This document shows positions 46,292 through 56,930 of a stretch of DNA of 64,000 bases, piece by piece. The position numbers and the translations under genes were made by a program. The stretch's first letter is position 1; the number at the start of each line of letters is the position of its first letter. A model generated the notes under the pieces. That model did no database searches. It was not told the origin of the DNA and saw only the letters and a list, made by a program, of their open reading frames with translations. Location of the stretch: the NCBI GenBank assembly GCA_045132055.1, contig JBGURP010000007.1:138946-202945 (forward strand), read 5' to 3'. This DNA is from Bacteroidales bacterium (lineage in GTDB: Bacteria; Bacteroidota; Bacteroidia; Bacteroidales; WCHB1-69).

Positions 46292-46929
46292 CTGACGCGT
46301 TCTTTGAGCATGGGGACGAAGAGGAAGTCGCCGAAGGTTTCCTCGTCATATTGATTGTCATCGACTTTGACGATGCGCTTCATGGTATGCGACTCGTCGC
46401 CCACGGGGATGACCATGATGCCGCCCACGGCCAATTGTTGCAGAAGGGCCGCAGGGACCTCCGGAGCACCGCACGTGACGATGATTTTGGAGTACGGGGC
46501 GAATTTCGGATAGCCCTGGAAGCCGTCGCCGTAGTAGAGCACGATGCGGTCGTCCAGTTTCTCGAGCAGGCGCTTGGCACTCAGGTGCAGTTGCTGCTGG
46601 CGTTCGACGGAGAACACGCGCGCGCCCATGGCGCTGAGGATAGCGGCCTGGAAACCAGAGCCTGTGCCAATCTCTAGCACCTTGTCGCCGGGCTGCACCT
46701 GCAGCAGCTGTGACTGAAACGCCACTGTGTATGGATGGGAAATTGTCTGCCCGTTCATCAGCTTCAGGGCCTTGTTCTCGTAAGCCTTGTCCCACAGAAA
46801 TGACTCCACAAACCGGTGCCGTTCCACCTTGTCGAAGGCCTTCAGCACATTCTCGTCCGTGATGCCCTTCTGACGAAGCTCCTCAATCAGCCGTTTCTTT
46901 GCTCCTAATAAGAGATAGTTGTCGGTCAT
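46282..46929 (-). CDS. pcm: protein-L-isoaspartate O-methyltransferase
   Basis: 215 aa with the SAM-binding motif VLEIGTGSGFQAA and QTISHPYTVA. Confidence 0.9.
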   Translation of the reverse strand: MTDNYLLLGAKKRLIEELRQKGITDENVLKAFDKVERHRFVESFLWDKAYENKALKLMNGQTISHPYTVAFQSQLLQVQPGDKVLEIGTGSGFQAAILSAMGARVFSVERQQQLHLSAKRLLEKLDDRIVLYYGDGFQGYPKFAPYSKIIVTCGAPEVPAALLQQLAVGGIMVIPVGDESHTMKRIVKVDDNQYDEETFGDFLFVPMLKERVSNL

Positions 46930-46948
46930 TCTTCAAAATTTCAGTCTG

Positions 46949-46956
46949 CAAAGATA
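46949..46956 (-). promoter_or_regulatory. -7 box TATCTTTG for pcm
   Basis: Exact TAnnTTTG on the minus strand directly after the clpB terminator. Confidence 0.5.
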
Positions 46957-46957
46957 A

Positions 46958-46993
46958 CAAAAAAGGCGGCAGGAGTCAAGCTCCGCCGCCTTT
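46958..46993 (-). terminator. intrinsic terminator of clpB
   Basis: GC-rich imperfect hairpin AAAGGCGGCGG...CTGCCGCCTTT followed by T6 on the minus strand. Confidence 0.7.
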
Positions 46994-47016
46994 ATTATCA
47001 ACATTTAATGTTACAT

Positions 47017-49614
47017 TTATTTCTTATAGAACACGAACTTGCCGTCCTCCACCGAATCCACCATGATGGTGCAATCGCGGTCGATGTCCTCCGCGAGGAT
47101 GATCTTGGAAAGCTCGTTCAGAATCCGCTTCTGGATGACCCGCTTGAGCGGACGCGCGCCATACACGGGATCGTAGCCAAGCTGCAAGAGCAAGTCCAAA
47201 GCATAGCGACTGAACTCCAACTTGATGTTTCGCGGCTCCAGCAACTTCTCAAGCTGACTGATTTGCAGGTCAATGATGGACCGGATTTCGCGCTTGGAAA
47301 GCGGCTGGAACATCACAATCTCGTCAATACGGTTCAGAAACTCAGGTTTCAGCGTCTTCTTGAGCAAGTCGGTCACCTCAGCCTTGGTGCGTTCAAAGAC
47401 TTCCATATCGGAGAAATTGGCTCTGTCGGCATAGTTCTCCTGGATGATATTGGAACCTAGGTTGGAGGTCATGATGATAATGGTGTTCTTGAAGTCGGCC
47501 ACCCTACCCTTGTTGTCCGTCAGTCTTCCGTCGTCCAAAACCTGCAACAGCACGTTGAACACATCCGGATGCGCTTTCTCGATTTCGTCAAACAGGATAA
47601 CAGAATAGGGTTTACGACGCACCTTTTCGGTCAGCTGGCCACCCTCATCGTAGCCTACATAGCCTGGGGGCGAACCGATCAGTCGGGAAACGGAATAGGA
47701 CTCCTGGAACTCGCTCATATCGAACCTAATCATAGCATCTTCCGTATTGAACAGATACTCTGCCAACGCTTTGGCTAGCTCGGTTTTACCCACACCCGTG
47801 GTGCCCATGAAGATAAACGATCCGATAGGGCGTCTGGCGTCCTGCAAGCCGGCTCTACTCCGGCGGATAGCATCTGCCACGGCACAAATAGCCTCGTCTT
47901 GGCCTATCACCCGTTTGTGGAGTTCCTCTTCCAGATTGAGCAACTTCGATTTCTCGCTCTGCATCATCTTGGTGACCGGAATGCCGGTCCAACGGGCCAC
48001 CACCTCGGCAATGTCGTCTGCACTCACCTTCTCGTCAATCATGGCATCATCACCCTGCAAAGTCTCCAGTTCTTTCTGCAACTTCACAATCTGGTCTTCG
48101 TCACTCTTGATGAGACCATAGCGCAACTCCGCCACACGGCCGTAGTTGCCCTGGCGCTCCTCATTAGCAGCCTCCAGTTTGTAGGTCTCTATTTCATCCT
48201 TGCAATGCTGGATTTTGTCCATAATCTCCTTCTCACTGCGCCATTTGGTAGAAATCTCATTACGTTTCTCCTGCAATTCGGCAATCTTCTTGCTCAATTC
48301 TTCCACTTTTTCGGTAGCATTCTCGCGCTTGATGGCCTCGCGCTCAATCTCTAACTGGCTGATTTTGTGCTCCACTTCATCCAGCTCCTCGGGTACCGAG
48401 TTGATTTCCAGTTTCAGTTTGGCTGCTGCCTCGTCAATCAAGTCGATAGCCTTGTCGGGCAGAAAACGGTCGCCGATATAGCGTTGCGACAGCTCCACAG
48501 CGGCAATGATGGCTTCGTCCAGAATCTTCACTTTGTGATGGTTCTCGTAACGCTCTTTCAAACCGCGCAAGATGGAAATAGCGGAATATTTGTCAGGTTC
48601 CTCAATCTTCACAGGCTGGAAACGACGCTCAAGGGCCTTGTCTTTTTCAAAGTATTTCTGATATTCGTCCAAGGTGGTGGCACCGATAGAGCGGAGCTCG
48701 CCACGGGCCAGTGCAGGTTTCAGGATGTTGGCGGCGTCCATGGCTCCGTCGCCCGACGCGCCCGCACCTACCAGCGTGTGGATTTCGTCGATGAAGAGGA
48801 TAATCTCACCGTTCGACTGCACCACCTCGTTGATAACCGCTTTCAGACGCTCCTCAAACTCGCCTTTGTACTTGGCACCGGCAATCAGCGCGCCCATATC
48901 CAGCGAATACAACTTCTTGGTTTTCAGATTTTCCGGAATATCACCGCTTACCAAACGTTGGGCCAGGCCCTCGGCAATAGCAGTCTTACCCACACCAGCT
49001 TCACCAATCAGAATCGGGTTGTTTTTGGTTCTTCTGGATAAGATTTGTAACACTCGCCGAATCTCCTCGTCACGGCCAATCACCGGATCGAGTTTGCCCT
49101 GGCGCGCCATGTCGTTCAAATTCTTGGCGTATTTGTTCAGCGCATTGTACGTTTCCTCGTTGGAGGCACTCGTCACCTTGCTGCCCTGATGCAGCTCCGT
49201 GATGGCGCTCTTCAGCCCTTTCTCCGTCATGCCGGCATCCTTCAATATCTGTGAGCACTTGTCATTAGACATGAAGATGCCATACAGCAAATGTTCCAAG
49301 GAAACGAATTCATCGCCGGAGTCCTGACAGAAGATGATGGCCTTCTGCATGGCGGTTTGCGCACTGCCCGCCAGATAAAAATCGCCTCCGGAAACCTTTG
49401 GCAAGCGGGCAATCTCACGATCCACAACAGTAGCAATGGTCTTAGGGTTACAATCCTGCTTCTTCAACAGGAAGGGTATCACATTATCGTCCACGTCTAA
49501 CATGGACTTCAACAAATGAAGCGTCTCTATCTGCTGGTTCTGATTGCGCATGGCAATCATCTGCGCATTAGAAATCACTTCCTGGGTTTTAATCGTTAAA
49601 TTATTCGGGTTCAT
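47017..49614 (-). CDS. clpB: ATP-dependent chaperone ClpB
   Basis: 865 aa with two AAA+ modules (GEAGVGKTAI, GTTGVGKTELAK), a long middle coiled-coil and a Clp N-domain. Confidence 0.95.
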   Translation of the reverse strand: MNPNNLTIKTQEVISNAQMIAMRNQNQQIETLHLLKSMLDVDDNVIPFLLKKQDCNPKTIATVVDREIARLPKVSGGDFYLAGSAQTAMQKAIIFCQDSGDEFVSLEHLLYGIFMSNDKCSQILKDAGMTEKGLKSAITELHQGSKVTSASNEETYNALNKYAKNLNDMARQGKLDPVIGRDEEIRRVLQILSRRTKNNPILIGEAGVGKTAIAEGLAQRLVSGDIPENLKTKKLYSLDMGALIAGAKYKGEFEERLKAVINEVVQSNGEIILFIDEIHTLVGAGASGDGAMDAANILKPALARGELRSIGATTLDEYQKYFEKDKALERRFQPVKIEEPDKYSAISILRGLKERYENHHKVKILDEAIIAAVELSQRYIGDRFLPDKAIDLIDEAAAKLKLEINSVPEELDEVEHKISQLEIEREAIKRENATEKVEELSKKIAELQEKRNEISTKWRSEKEIMDKIQHCKDEIETYKLEAANEERQGNYGRVAELRYGLIKSDEDQIVKLQKELETLQGDDAMIDEKVSADDIAEVVARWTGIPVTKMMQSEKSKLLNLEEELHKRVIGQDEAICAVADAIRRSRAGLQDARRPIGSFIFMGTTGVGKTELAKALAEYLFNTEDAMIRFDMSEFQESYSVSRLIGSPPGYVGYDEGGQLTEKVRRKPYSVILFDEIEKAHPDVFNVLLQVLDDGRLTDNKGRVADFKNTIIIMTSNLGSNIIQENYADRANFSDMEVFERTKAEVTDLLKKTLKPEFLNRIDEIVMFQPLSKREIRSIIDLQISQLEKLLEPRNIKLEFSRYALDLLLQLGYDPVYGARPLKRVIQKRILNELSKIILAEDIDRDCTIMVDSVEDGKFVFYKK

Positions 49615-49690
49615 AGTGTTTTTTCCTTTCTATTAAGACAACACATTTAATCAATAATGTTGCCAAAATCATTTTACTGACAGAATGGCA

Positions 49691-49730
49691 GTAGAGAGGT
49701 AAATGGGGTGAAGGAGGTGAAAGGGGTGTG
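49691..49730. repeat. purine-rich degenerate repeat (GGTAAATGG GGTGAAGGA GGTGAAAGG GGTGTG)
   Basis: Read directly. About 9-nt units of the same family as at 51.7 and 59.0 kb. Confidence 0.6.
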
Positions 49731-49752
49731 TATTTTTTTGTATTTTTGCGCT

Positions 49753-51684
49753 ATGAAAAAACCGGACATGCATACAACTTTACTATGGCGGAGAATACTG
49801 TTCCCGATGTGTGTCATATTGTTAATTTTCAGTGGTTTCGGACACATTTACGCCCAAGAAACCGAAAAGAAAACGCGGACCATTGACTCCGCGATGGCCC
49901 TGTCGCCCGCCTACATGCCCGTATATACCGCCGACTTCCCCACTGTAACCTTCAAACCATTACAATATCATCTGGTAGATACCTCCATCTTCCACACCTC
50001 CGATTTTTCCCCATTCCTGGAACCTCAGAACCTGTATCAGACGCTTGGCATCAACGGACAAGCGCACAAGTCTGTCGTTTTCGACTATGAGCGGGAGATG
50101 GGCTTCACTATGATCAAGTTGCCTTTCGAACTCTTTTTCAAACAGCAGAAAGATCTCAGACGTTACAACGTACAACCTTGTTACACAGTTATTTCGTACA
50201 ATTACGGAGTTACTGCCGAGCACGCCATCTTCGCCACCCACGCACAGAAAATCAAGAATTTTGAATTTGCCTTCAACCTGACAGGATTGGCCAACAAAGG
50301 CTATTTCCTGCATCAGAAAGTCAATATGCTGAACACCGACTGGCAGTTGCATTATCACACAAAGGACAGCATCTACGGGTTATCCATCTCGTACATCCTC
50401 AACCATCTCAAGCAAGAGGAGAACGGCGGGTTGAGCGACTTGCACTCCTTCATTGACCGTGACCGCCAAGATGCGAATCTAACTACCTCACTGAGCAACT
50501 TCAACGTCATGTTCAGCAATGCCAGCTCTCTCATCAACACTCATGATGTTCTTTTCCAACAGTATGTCAACCTTCGTGACAAGAAAAACCGCTATTACGG
50601 TACCATCACCCATTCGTTCCAGTTCAAGAAAATGAACTGCAATTTCTCCGACTACAACCTCAACAACGATTTTTACCAGAACCGGTACTTTATCAGCACC
50701 GACACGACAAGGGATTCCATCAATTATTATGGAATTGCCAACACGCTGCAATGGTCCAACTACAGTCCCACCATGCGGCAAAGCGAGAGTGGCTACTTTT
50801 TCCGCTTCGCTGGCGGCATCCAGCACGAGTTTGTGCGCGCCCGCATGCCCCGATACACAGCCAACAGTTTCACACTGTTCGCCCGCACCTCCATCCGGCT
50901 TTTCAAGGTTTGGGACATCTATGGCAACATCTCCTATTCATTCCTCAAATACATCAAGAATGATGCCCACGCAGGCGGCACCGCCACTTTCGCCATAAAC
51001 CGGAAACACCGCCATTATATCGGTTTTGAGGCCAATTTCTACCGCAGATCCCCGGATTTCATTCTGACCCACTATGTTGGCAACCATAACATGTGGACCA
51101 ACACATGGAAAAAGCAGAACATCCTCAAGCTAAACGCCTTCTATACCATTTTCGACTACAAAGTCAGCTTCAACTACTTCATGTTGAACAACTATGTATA
51201 TTTGAACAGCAAATGCGAACCCCAAGTCTGCGACAAGGGCGTCAACCTCGTCCAACTCAACCTGTTCGCCCCGCTACGGGTCAAGGGTTTCTACATGGAC
51301 CTCAACGTGGCCGTACAGCACTCAACCCAATCCTGTATTTCCGTGCCGCTTTTTGCCGGCAAACTCTATGTCGCTTACCAGTTCAAGATTTTCAGGAACA
51401 GATTGCACATCCAGCTGGGTGGTGATTTGATGTACAACACCTTGTATTACGGTGATGCCTACAACCCGCTGATGCACCAGTTCTATCACGAAGACAACGA
51501 GCAGGTGGGCAATTACCTGTATTTTGACCTGAACCTCACCCTGCGTGTGGAGCGTATCGCCTTCTACGTCAGGGGCGGCAACCTGCTGGCGGGCGTATTC
51601 GGATTCAATTACATGACCACACCGTTCTATCCGATGCAAGGACGGAATCTGGAGTTGGGCATCACGTGGAGGTTCTATGATTAG
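49753..51684 (+). CDS. putative porin family outer membrane protein
   Basis: About 643 aa with a signal-like N-terminus, a beta-strand-rich sequence and a C-terminal LELGITWRFYD. The start is uncertain (ATG 49753 or 49768), because a -7 box TATTTTTG lies at 49741-49748. Confidence 0.55.
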   Translation: MKKPDMHTTLLWRRILFPMCVILLIFSGFGHIYAQETEKKTRTIDSAMALSPAYMPVYTADFPTVTFKPLQYHLVDTSIFHTSDFSPFLEPQNLYQTLGINGQAHKSVVFDYEREMGFTMIKLPFELFFKQQKDLRRYNVQPCYTVISYNYGVTAEHAIFATHAQKIKNFEFAFNLTGLANKGYFLHQKVNMLNTDWQLHYHTKDSIYGLSISYILNHLKQEENGGLSDLHSFIDRDRQDANLTTSLSNFNVMFSNASSLINTHDVLFQQYVNLRDKKNRYYGTITHSFQFKKMNCNFSDYNLNNDFYQNRYFISTDTTRDSINYYGIANTLQWSNYSPTMRQSESGYFFRFAGGIQHEFVRARMPRYTANSFTLFARTSIRLFKVWDIYGNISYSFLKYIKNDAHAGGTATFAINRKHRHYIGFEANFYRRSPDFILTHYVGNHNMWTNTWKKQNILKLNAFYTIFDYKVSFNYFMLNNYVYLNSKCEPQVCDKGVNLVQLNLFAPLRVKGFYMDLNVAVQHSTQSCISVPLFAGKLYVAYQFKIFRNRLHIQLGGDLMYNTLYYGDAYNPLMHQFYHEDNEQVGNYLYFDLNLTLRVERIAFYVRGGNLLAGVFGFNYMTTPFYPMQGRNLELGITWRFYD

Positions 51685-51737
51685 GTGCATGGGGTGCATG
51701 GGGTGAAAGAGGTGAAAGAGGTGAATGAGGTAAAACG
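51685..51737. repeat. GGTGCATGG GGTGCATGG GGTGAAAGA GGTGAAAGA GGTGAATGA GGTAAAACG nonamer repeat
   Basis: Six phased 9-nt units starting directly after the porin stop. Confidence 0.75.
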
Positions 51738-51754
51738 ACAACAACATACTAAAA

Positions 51755-53125
51755 ATGACATACAGAATTGAAAAAGACACTCTCGGAGAGATGAGGGTGG
51801 AGAGCGACAAATTATGGGGAGCGCAGACGCAGCGCGCCATGGAGAATTTCGTAATCGGCAAGAAACGGATGCCCATTGAAATCATATACGGCATCGTGAC
51901 AGCCAAGAAGGCGGCGGCATGCGCCAACTGCGACCTCGGCGTGCTTCCGGAAGACAAACGCAACCTCATCGTCCAGGCGTGTGACGAAATATTGGCAGGC
52001 AAATGGGACGAGCAATTCCCACTACACATCTGGCAAACCGGCTCTGGCACCCAGACAAACATGAATGTCAATGAGGTAATCGCGCACCTCGGGCAGTTGA
52101 TGTACGGGGGCAAATTGGACGACTCCCCACTCTATCTGTCGCCCAACGACGACGTGAACAAATCACAGTCCACCAATGACATCTTCCCGACGGGCATGAG
52201 GATTGCAGCCACCAAGATGCTGTTGGAGTTCACCATCCCGGCCATTGAACGACTGATGGCCACTTACCGCGTCAAGATTGAAGAGTTTGCCGACATCAAG
52301 AAAATTGGGCGCACGCACATGATGGACGCCACCCCCTTGACTCTGGGACAAGAATTGTCGGGCCATCTCTCGCAACTGGAACACAGTCTGGGCGCAATCC
52401 ATGGCAGCCTGAAGCATCTCATGGAGCTCCCTATCGGCGGCACAGCCGTGGGTAATGGCATCAACACGCCAGAAGGATACGACAAACTGGCATTGCAATA
52501 CATCAACATGTTCACTGGGCTGAATTTCACCAATACGCCGAACAAGTTCGAGGCCATGGCCACGCACGATTCCATGGCAGAGATGTCGGGCAGCCTGAAG
52601 CGTCTGGCCGTCTCGTTGATGAAGATCGCCAACGACTTCCGGTTGCTGAACTCCGGTCCGCGCTGCGGACTAGGTGAGGTAATACTGCCCGCCAACGAGC
52701 CAGGTTCCTCCATCATGCCCGGCAAGGTGAACCCTACGCAGTGCGAAGCCCTGTCGCAAGTGTGCTGCCAAGTCATCGGCAACGACGTGGCCATCACCAC
52801 CGGTGCTATGCAGGGACACTTGCAACTCAACGTGTTCATGCCGCTTATCGGGCGCAATCTCCTACAATCGTCCCGTTTGCTGGCCGATGTCATCAACTCC
52901 TTCAATGACCACTGTCTGCAAGGCGTGGTGGCCAACCGCGGGCGCATCGCTATGCATCTGAAAAACTCGCTGATGCTGGTCACCAAGCTCAACCCGCACA
53001 TCGGCTACTATAACGCTGCTAAAATCGCACAACATGCGCTGAAAGAGGGACTTACATTAAGAGAGTCCGCACTGGAGCTGGGATTGGTGAGTGAGAAGGA
53101 TTTTGATGAGTGGATGAAGATTTGA
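51755..53125 (+). CDS. fumC: class II fumarate hydratase
   Basis: 456 aa. WQTGSGTQTNMN and GSSIMPGKVNPTQCEA signatures favour FumC over aspartase. Confidence 0.9.
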   Translation: MTYRIEKDTLGEMRVESDKLWGAQTQRAMENFVIGKKRMPIEIIYGIVTAKKAAACANCDLGVLPEDKRNLIVQACDEILAGKWDEQFPLHIWQTGSGTQTNMNVNEVIAHLGQLMYGGKLDDSPLYLSPNDDVNKSQSTNDIFPTGMRIAATKMLLEFTIPAIERLMATYRVKIEEFADIKKIGRTHMMDATPLTLGQELSGHLSQLEHSLGAIHGSLKHLMELPIGGTAVGNGINTPEGYDKLALQYINMFTGLNFTNTPNKFEAMATHDSMAEMSGSLKRLAVSLMKIANDFRLLNSGPRCGLGEVILPANEPGSSIMPGKVNPTQCEALSQVCCQVIGNDVAITTGAMQGHLQLNVFMPLIGRNLLQSSRLLADVINSFNDHCLQGVVANRGRIAMHLKNSLMLVTKLNPHIGYYNAAKIAQHALKEGLTLRESALELGLVSEKDFDEWMKI

Positions 53126-53208
53126 TAAGAGATTAGAGTTTTCCTTGAGCAGCCCCGTTAGGGGCAAAAGCTTGGTAGAAATAATAGATTATTGATTATT
53201 GTTAATAT

Positions 53209-53898
53209 ATGGGGATTATTTTGATAGCTTCGCTTGCGCCGGTCATCTTTTTGATGATTTACATCTATGCGAAAGACCAGTTTCAGAAAGAGCCTTTCAG
53301 ACAGCTGATGAAGGCTTTTCTGGGCGGCATTCTGGCTGGTTTGTTGGATGTGCTTTTGCTGTCTGTGTTTGGCGTATCGGATCTGCAGCCTTTCCCTGGC
53401 GCTCACGGGCAGGCATTCTACCAAGCATTCTTCCTGGCGGGACTGCCAGAAGAATTTTGCAAATTGCTTTTTCTATATCTCTTCATCTGGAACAGCCGCT
53501 ATTTTGACGAGTATTATGACGGCATTGAATACGCTGCCTTCGTGGGACTGGGATTTGCAGGATTGGAAAACATCATGTATGTCATGCAAGGAGGCTTGGG
53601 CGTGGCTGTGAGCCGTGCACTTTTTGCTGTGCCCGCACACTTCTTCTTCGCCATCATTATGGGCTATTTCTTCGCCTTCGCCAAGTTTAGGCCGGAAAAG
53701 AAAACATGGTACCTACTTCTCGCATTACTATGCCCTGCCATCTTGCACGGCATATACGATTTCATCCTGATGTATGCCAACCTCATCCAAAACACTGACA
53801 CCGCCATCGCCGCCCTTCTCAACCTCGGATTCTTCATCTTCTTCATATTCATCTGGAAATTGGCTATCAGACGGGTAAACCGGATGGTGGGTCGATGA
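53209..53898 (+). CDS. PrsW family intramembrane protease
   Basis: 229 aa, polytopic, with an EEFCK motif (E-E-x-x-K) and a paired-His region (HGIYDF) typical of PrsW/YhfC-type proteases. Confidence 0.7.
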   Translation: MGIILIASLAPVIFLMIYIYAKDQFQKEPFRQLMKAFLGGILAGLLDVLLLSVFGVSDLQPFPGAHGQAFYQAFFLAGLPEEFCKLLFLYLFIWNSRYFDEYYDGIEYAAFVGLGFAGLENIMYVMQGGLGVAVSRALFAVPAHFFFAIIMGYFFAFAKFRPEKKTWYLLLALLCPAILHGIYDFILMYANLIQNTDTAIAALLNLGFFIFFIFIWKLAIRRVNRMVGR

Positions 53899-53906
53899 TT
53901 TTTTTA

Positions 53907-53914
53907 TACTTTTG
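53907..53914 (+). promoter_or_regulatory. -7 box TACTTTTG for the malic enzyme gene
   Basis: Exact TAnnTTTG. It argues against the TTG 53912 start and for ATG 53939. Confidence 0.5.
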
Positions 53915-53938
53915 CCCGCATTTTTAAAACATCGCTAT

Positions 53939-55387
53939 ATGACCGACACCCTGTCTTTAGACCATATCGAAGATCTCTTCCCTGCCGATTTTACAGAAGA
54001 GCAGAAAGCCAAAGCCAAAACTCTGTTTTACAAGAAGATGTCCATTGCCGCGCATAAATTCTACGGCGGCAAGATGCAGACATTGCCCAAAGCGCCCATC
54101 TATGGGTTCAACTGGTTCAACGTGTGGTACACGCCCGGCGTCTCCGCCGTTTCTACCACTATCCGCGACGACAACGACCAGTCGTTCTACCTCAGCAACC
54201 GCTCCAATCTGGTGGCGGTGGTGAGCGACAGCACGCGCGTGCTGGGCGACGGCGACTGCACCCCTCCCGGCGGACTGGGCGTGATGGAAGGCAAGGCCAT
54301 GCTGATGAAATACTTGGGCGGCGTGGATTCCGTGCCCTTGTGCATTGACAGCCGCGATGAAAACGGTGAACACCAGGCCGACAAGCTCATCGACTTTGTG
54401 AAGATGGTGCAACACAGCTTCGGCGCCATCAATCTGGAAGACATCTCGCAACCCAACTGCTACCGTGTGCTGGACACACTGCGCGAAGAGTGCGTCATCC
54501 CCGTCTGGCACGACGACGCACAAGGCACCGCCTGCGTCACCTTGGCAGGTCTCATCAACGCGCTGAAGATTGTGAACAAGAAGATGGAAGACATCAAAGT
54601 GGTGCTTTACGGCGCCGGTGCCGCCAACACCACCATCGCACGACTGATGATTACCGATGGTGTGAAACCGGAAAACTTCATCATCTTTGACACCAAAGGC
54701 ACGCTGCACAAGAACCGCACACAGTACCGCGACGACAAACGTTTTTACCGCAAGTGGGAGTTGTGCGAAACCACCAACCCCAACTGCATCGAAACGCACG
54801 AAGAGGCTTTCAAGGATGCCGATGTGCTCATCGCGCTCTCCAAGCCGGGTCCGGACACCATCAAGCCTGAGTGGATCCAGCTGATGGCCGACAAGGCCAT
54901 CGTGTTCGCCTGCGCCAACCCCGTGCCGGAAATCTATCCCTACAAGGCCAAGGAAGCTGGTGCATACATCGTGGCCACCGGACGCGGAGACTTCCCCAAC
55001 CAGGTCAACAACTCGGTATGCTTCCCCGCCATTTTGAAGGGTACACTGCTGGTATCGGCCAGCAAGATCACCGACAGCATGGCAATTTGCGCGGCGCACT
55101 CCATCGCAAAATACGCAGAGAACCAAGGCATTACCGCCGAGCGCATCATGCCCACTATGATGGACAGCGATCTCTTCCCCACCGTAGCCGCCGACGTGGC
55201 CATGCAGGCTATGGCTGACGGTGTAGCCCGCAAACAACGCACTTGGCAGGAGGTCTATGACATCGCCAAACACGACATTGACGAGACCCACGCCATCGTG
55301 GAACAATTTGAATCCAACGGGGTTATCCGCGAATTTCCGGAAGAAGAAATCCGCAACATTGTCCGTCAGGTTTGCAGTGAGTTATGA
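53939..55387 (+). CDS. NAD(P)-dependent malic enzyme (short form, no PTA domain)
   Basis: About 482 aa with the motifs WYTPGVS, VVSDSTRVLGLGD-like (VLGDGDCTPPGGLGVMEGK) and a GAGAAN Rossmann motif. Confidence 0.85.
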   Translation: MTDTLSLDHIEDLFPADFTEEQKAKAKTLFYKKMSIAAHKFYGGKMQTLPKAPIYGFNWFNVWYTPGVSAVSTTIRDDNDQSFYLSNRSNLVAVVSDSTRVLGDGDCTPPGGLGVMEGKAMLMKYLGGVDSVPLCIDSRDENGEHQADKLIDFVKMVQHSFGAINLEDISQPNCYRVLDTLREECVIPVWHDDAQGTACVTLAGLINALKIVNKKMEDIKVVLYGAGAANTTIARLMITDGVKPENFIIFDTKGTLHKNRTQYRDDKRFYRKWELCETTNPNCIETHEEAFKDADVLIALSKPGPDTIKPEWIQLMADKAIVFACANPVPEIYPYKAKEAGAYIVATGRGDFPNQVNNSVCFPAILKGTLLVSASKITDSMAICAAHSIAKYAENQGITAERIMPTMMDSDLFPTVAADVAMQAMADGVARKQRTWQEVYDIAKHDIDETHAIVEQFESNGVIREFPEEEIRNIVRQVCSEL

Positions 55388-56928
55388 AAAAAAGAATCAT
55401 CGTAACGCTGTTCTTCATTGTAGGTATCACCTCAATCCTGCTGATTCTCTCCATCTTCAAGCTTTACACAGAGGCGGAGAAGGTGCAACGCAGCATCTTT
55501 GTCAACGAGGTGCTGACCGCCGGAGATGAGATGGTGAGCCGTATTGATGCGCTTATCAAGAACGACACTTTGCCGGAAGACCAACTGGACAGCGTGAACA
55601 GTCAGTTGCCTGACACTACGGCGGTGGTCTCCGAGCAAAGGGCACGGCGTTTCCTTCTGGACTCCATCTCCTACCAGCCCATCGGCATCATCCAGACCGT
55701 CATTTTCGTCAAAGAGAACAATTCTCGCATCATAGAGGACGACACCACCTATTTCAGCGATGCGTACCGCAAAATGTTCCCCTTGAACAACGATCCGTGG
55801 TCGCCGAAAAACGCCAAAGGCAACGTCTCTTCCATGGTTGCCAACATGGATGTCAACCTTGTACAGATGGACAGTAGCACCATCCAATTGCTCAGTCCCG
55901 AGTTTCTGTACCGTCTGATCAAGTCATGCCTGGCAGACGAGAACATTGACGCACGCTTCGATTTCGCTATTTATAACGCCTTCACCACCGACTTTGTCGT
56001 GATGCCGGAATTCACCGACGAGGAGACAATGCTGCAAAGCGAATATGTGTTCAGATTGAAATATAACGAGAAAGTCACTTCGCCCAACTATCTCATTCTA
56101 TACTTCCCTGCTGAGCGCGGCATCTTTTTACAGCGCATGAGTACCATTGTCGGGTTGATTATCTGCCTGCTGATTGTATGCTTCACCATCTCTTTTGTGG
56201 CACTTTACTCCCTATATCGCCAGAAAAAGGTGTCAGAAGTCACCAACGAGTTCGTCAACAACATGACGCACGAGTTCAAAACGCCCATTTCCACCATCTC
56301 GCTGGCCTGCGAGGCCCTGTCAGACCCCAATCTGCATAGTGACGCCTCCATGAGAGAAGCCTATATCAGCATCATCCGTGATGAAAACGACCGTCTGAAG
56401 GACATGGTCAACAACATCCTCCAGATTGCGCAACTCAAGAAGGGACAAGTGAAGATGAACATCGAGTTGTTGGATATGCACGAGCTCATCCACAAGGTGA
56501 CCGACAGTGTGGCGTTGCAGATCAGCTCTACCAATGGCACGCTGAATCTGGCTTTGAACGCCGACACCTACAAGATTTTCGGTGACCGCCACCACTTGGC
56601 CAATGTCATCATCAACTTGGTGGAAAACGGCATTAAATACTCTACTTCAAAACCGGAGATCCTCATCAACACGCAGTCCGACAAGAAATATTTCATGCTT
56701 TCCGTCACCGACAAGGGCATCGGTATCCCCAAGAAAGCGTTGGGCAGCATTTTTGACAACTTTTACCGCGTACCCAAGGGCAACGTGCACAACGTAAAAG
56801 GATATGGCCTTGGATTAGGGTACGTGAAGAAAATCGTATCCCTGCACCACGGCCATATTGAAGTTCAAAGTGAAGAGGGCAAAGGCAGCACATTTGTGGT
56901 TTATCTGCCTTTGAAAAGCACCAAATAG
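55384..56928 (+). CDS. sensor histidine kinase
   Basis: Two TM segments flank a periplasmic domain of about 230 aa. H-box NNMTHEFKTP and the HATPase N/G boxes (ENGIKYS, DKGIGI, GYGLGL) are present. It shares an ATGA overlap with the malic enzyme stop. Confidence 0.85.
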   Translation: MKKRIIVTLFFIVGITSILLILSIFKLYTEAEKVQRSIFVNEVLTAGDEMVSRIDALIKNDTLPEDQLDSVNSQLPDTTAVVSEQRARRFLLDSISYQPIGIIQTVIFVKENNSRIIEDDTTYFSDAYRKMFPLNNDPWSPKNAKGNVSSMVANMDVNLVQMDSSTIQLLSPEFLYRLIKSCLADENIDARFDFAIYNAFTTDFVVMPEFTDEETMLQSEYVFRLKYNEKVTSPNYLILYFPAERGIFLQRMSTIVGLIICLLIVCFTISFVALYSLYRQKKVSEVTNEFVNNMTHEFKTPISTISLACEALSDPNLHSDASMREAYISIIRDENDRLKDMVNNILQIAQLKKGQVKMNIELLDMHELIHKVTDSVALQISSTNGTLNLALNADTYKIFGDRHHLANVIINLVENGIKYSTSKPEILINTQSDKKYFMLSVTDKGIGIPKKALGSIFDNFYRVPKGNVHNVKGYGLGLGYVKKIVSLHHGHIEVQSEEGKGSTFVVYLPLKSTK

Positions 56929-56930
56929 GA

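Noticed and set aside
53957-55306. 449-aa ORF antisense to the malic enzyme gene
   Set aside because: A shadow ORF. Its G/V/H/A-rich translation has no motifs, and the sense strand carries clear malic-enzyme signatures.
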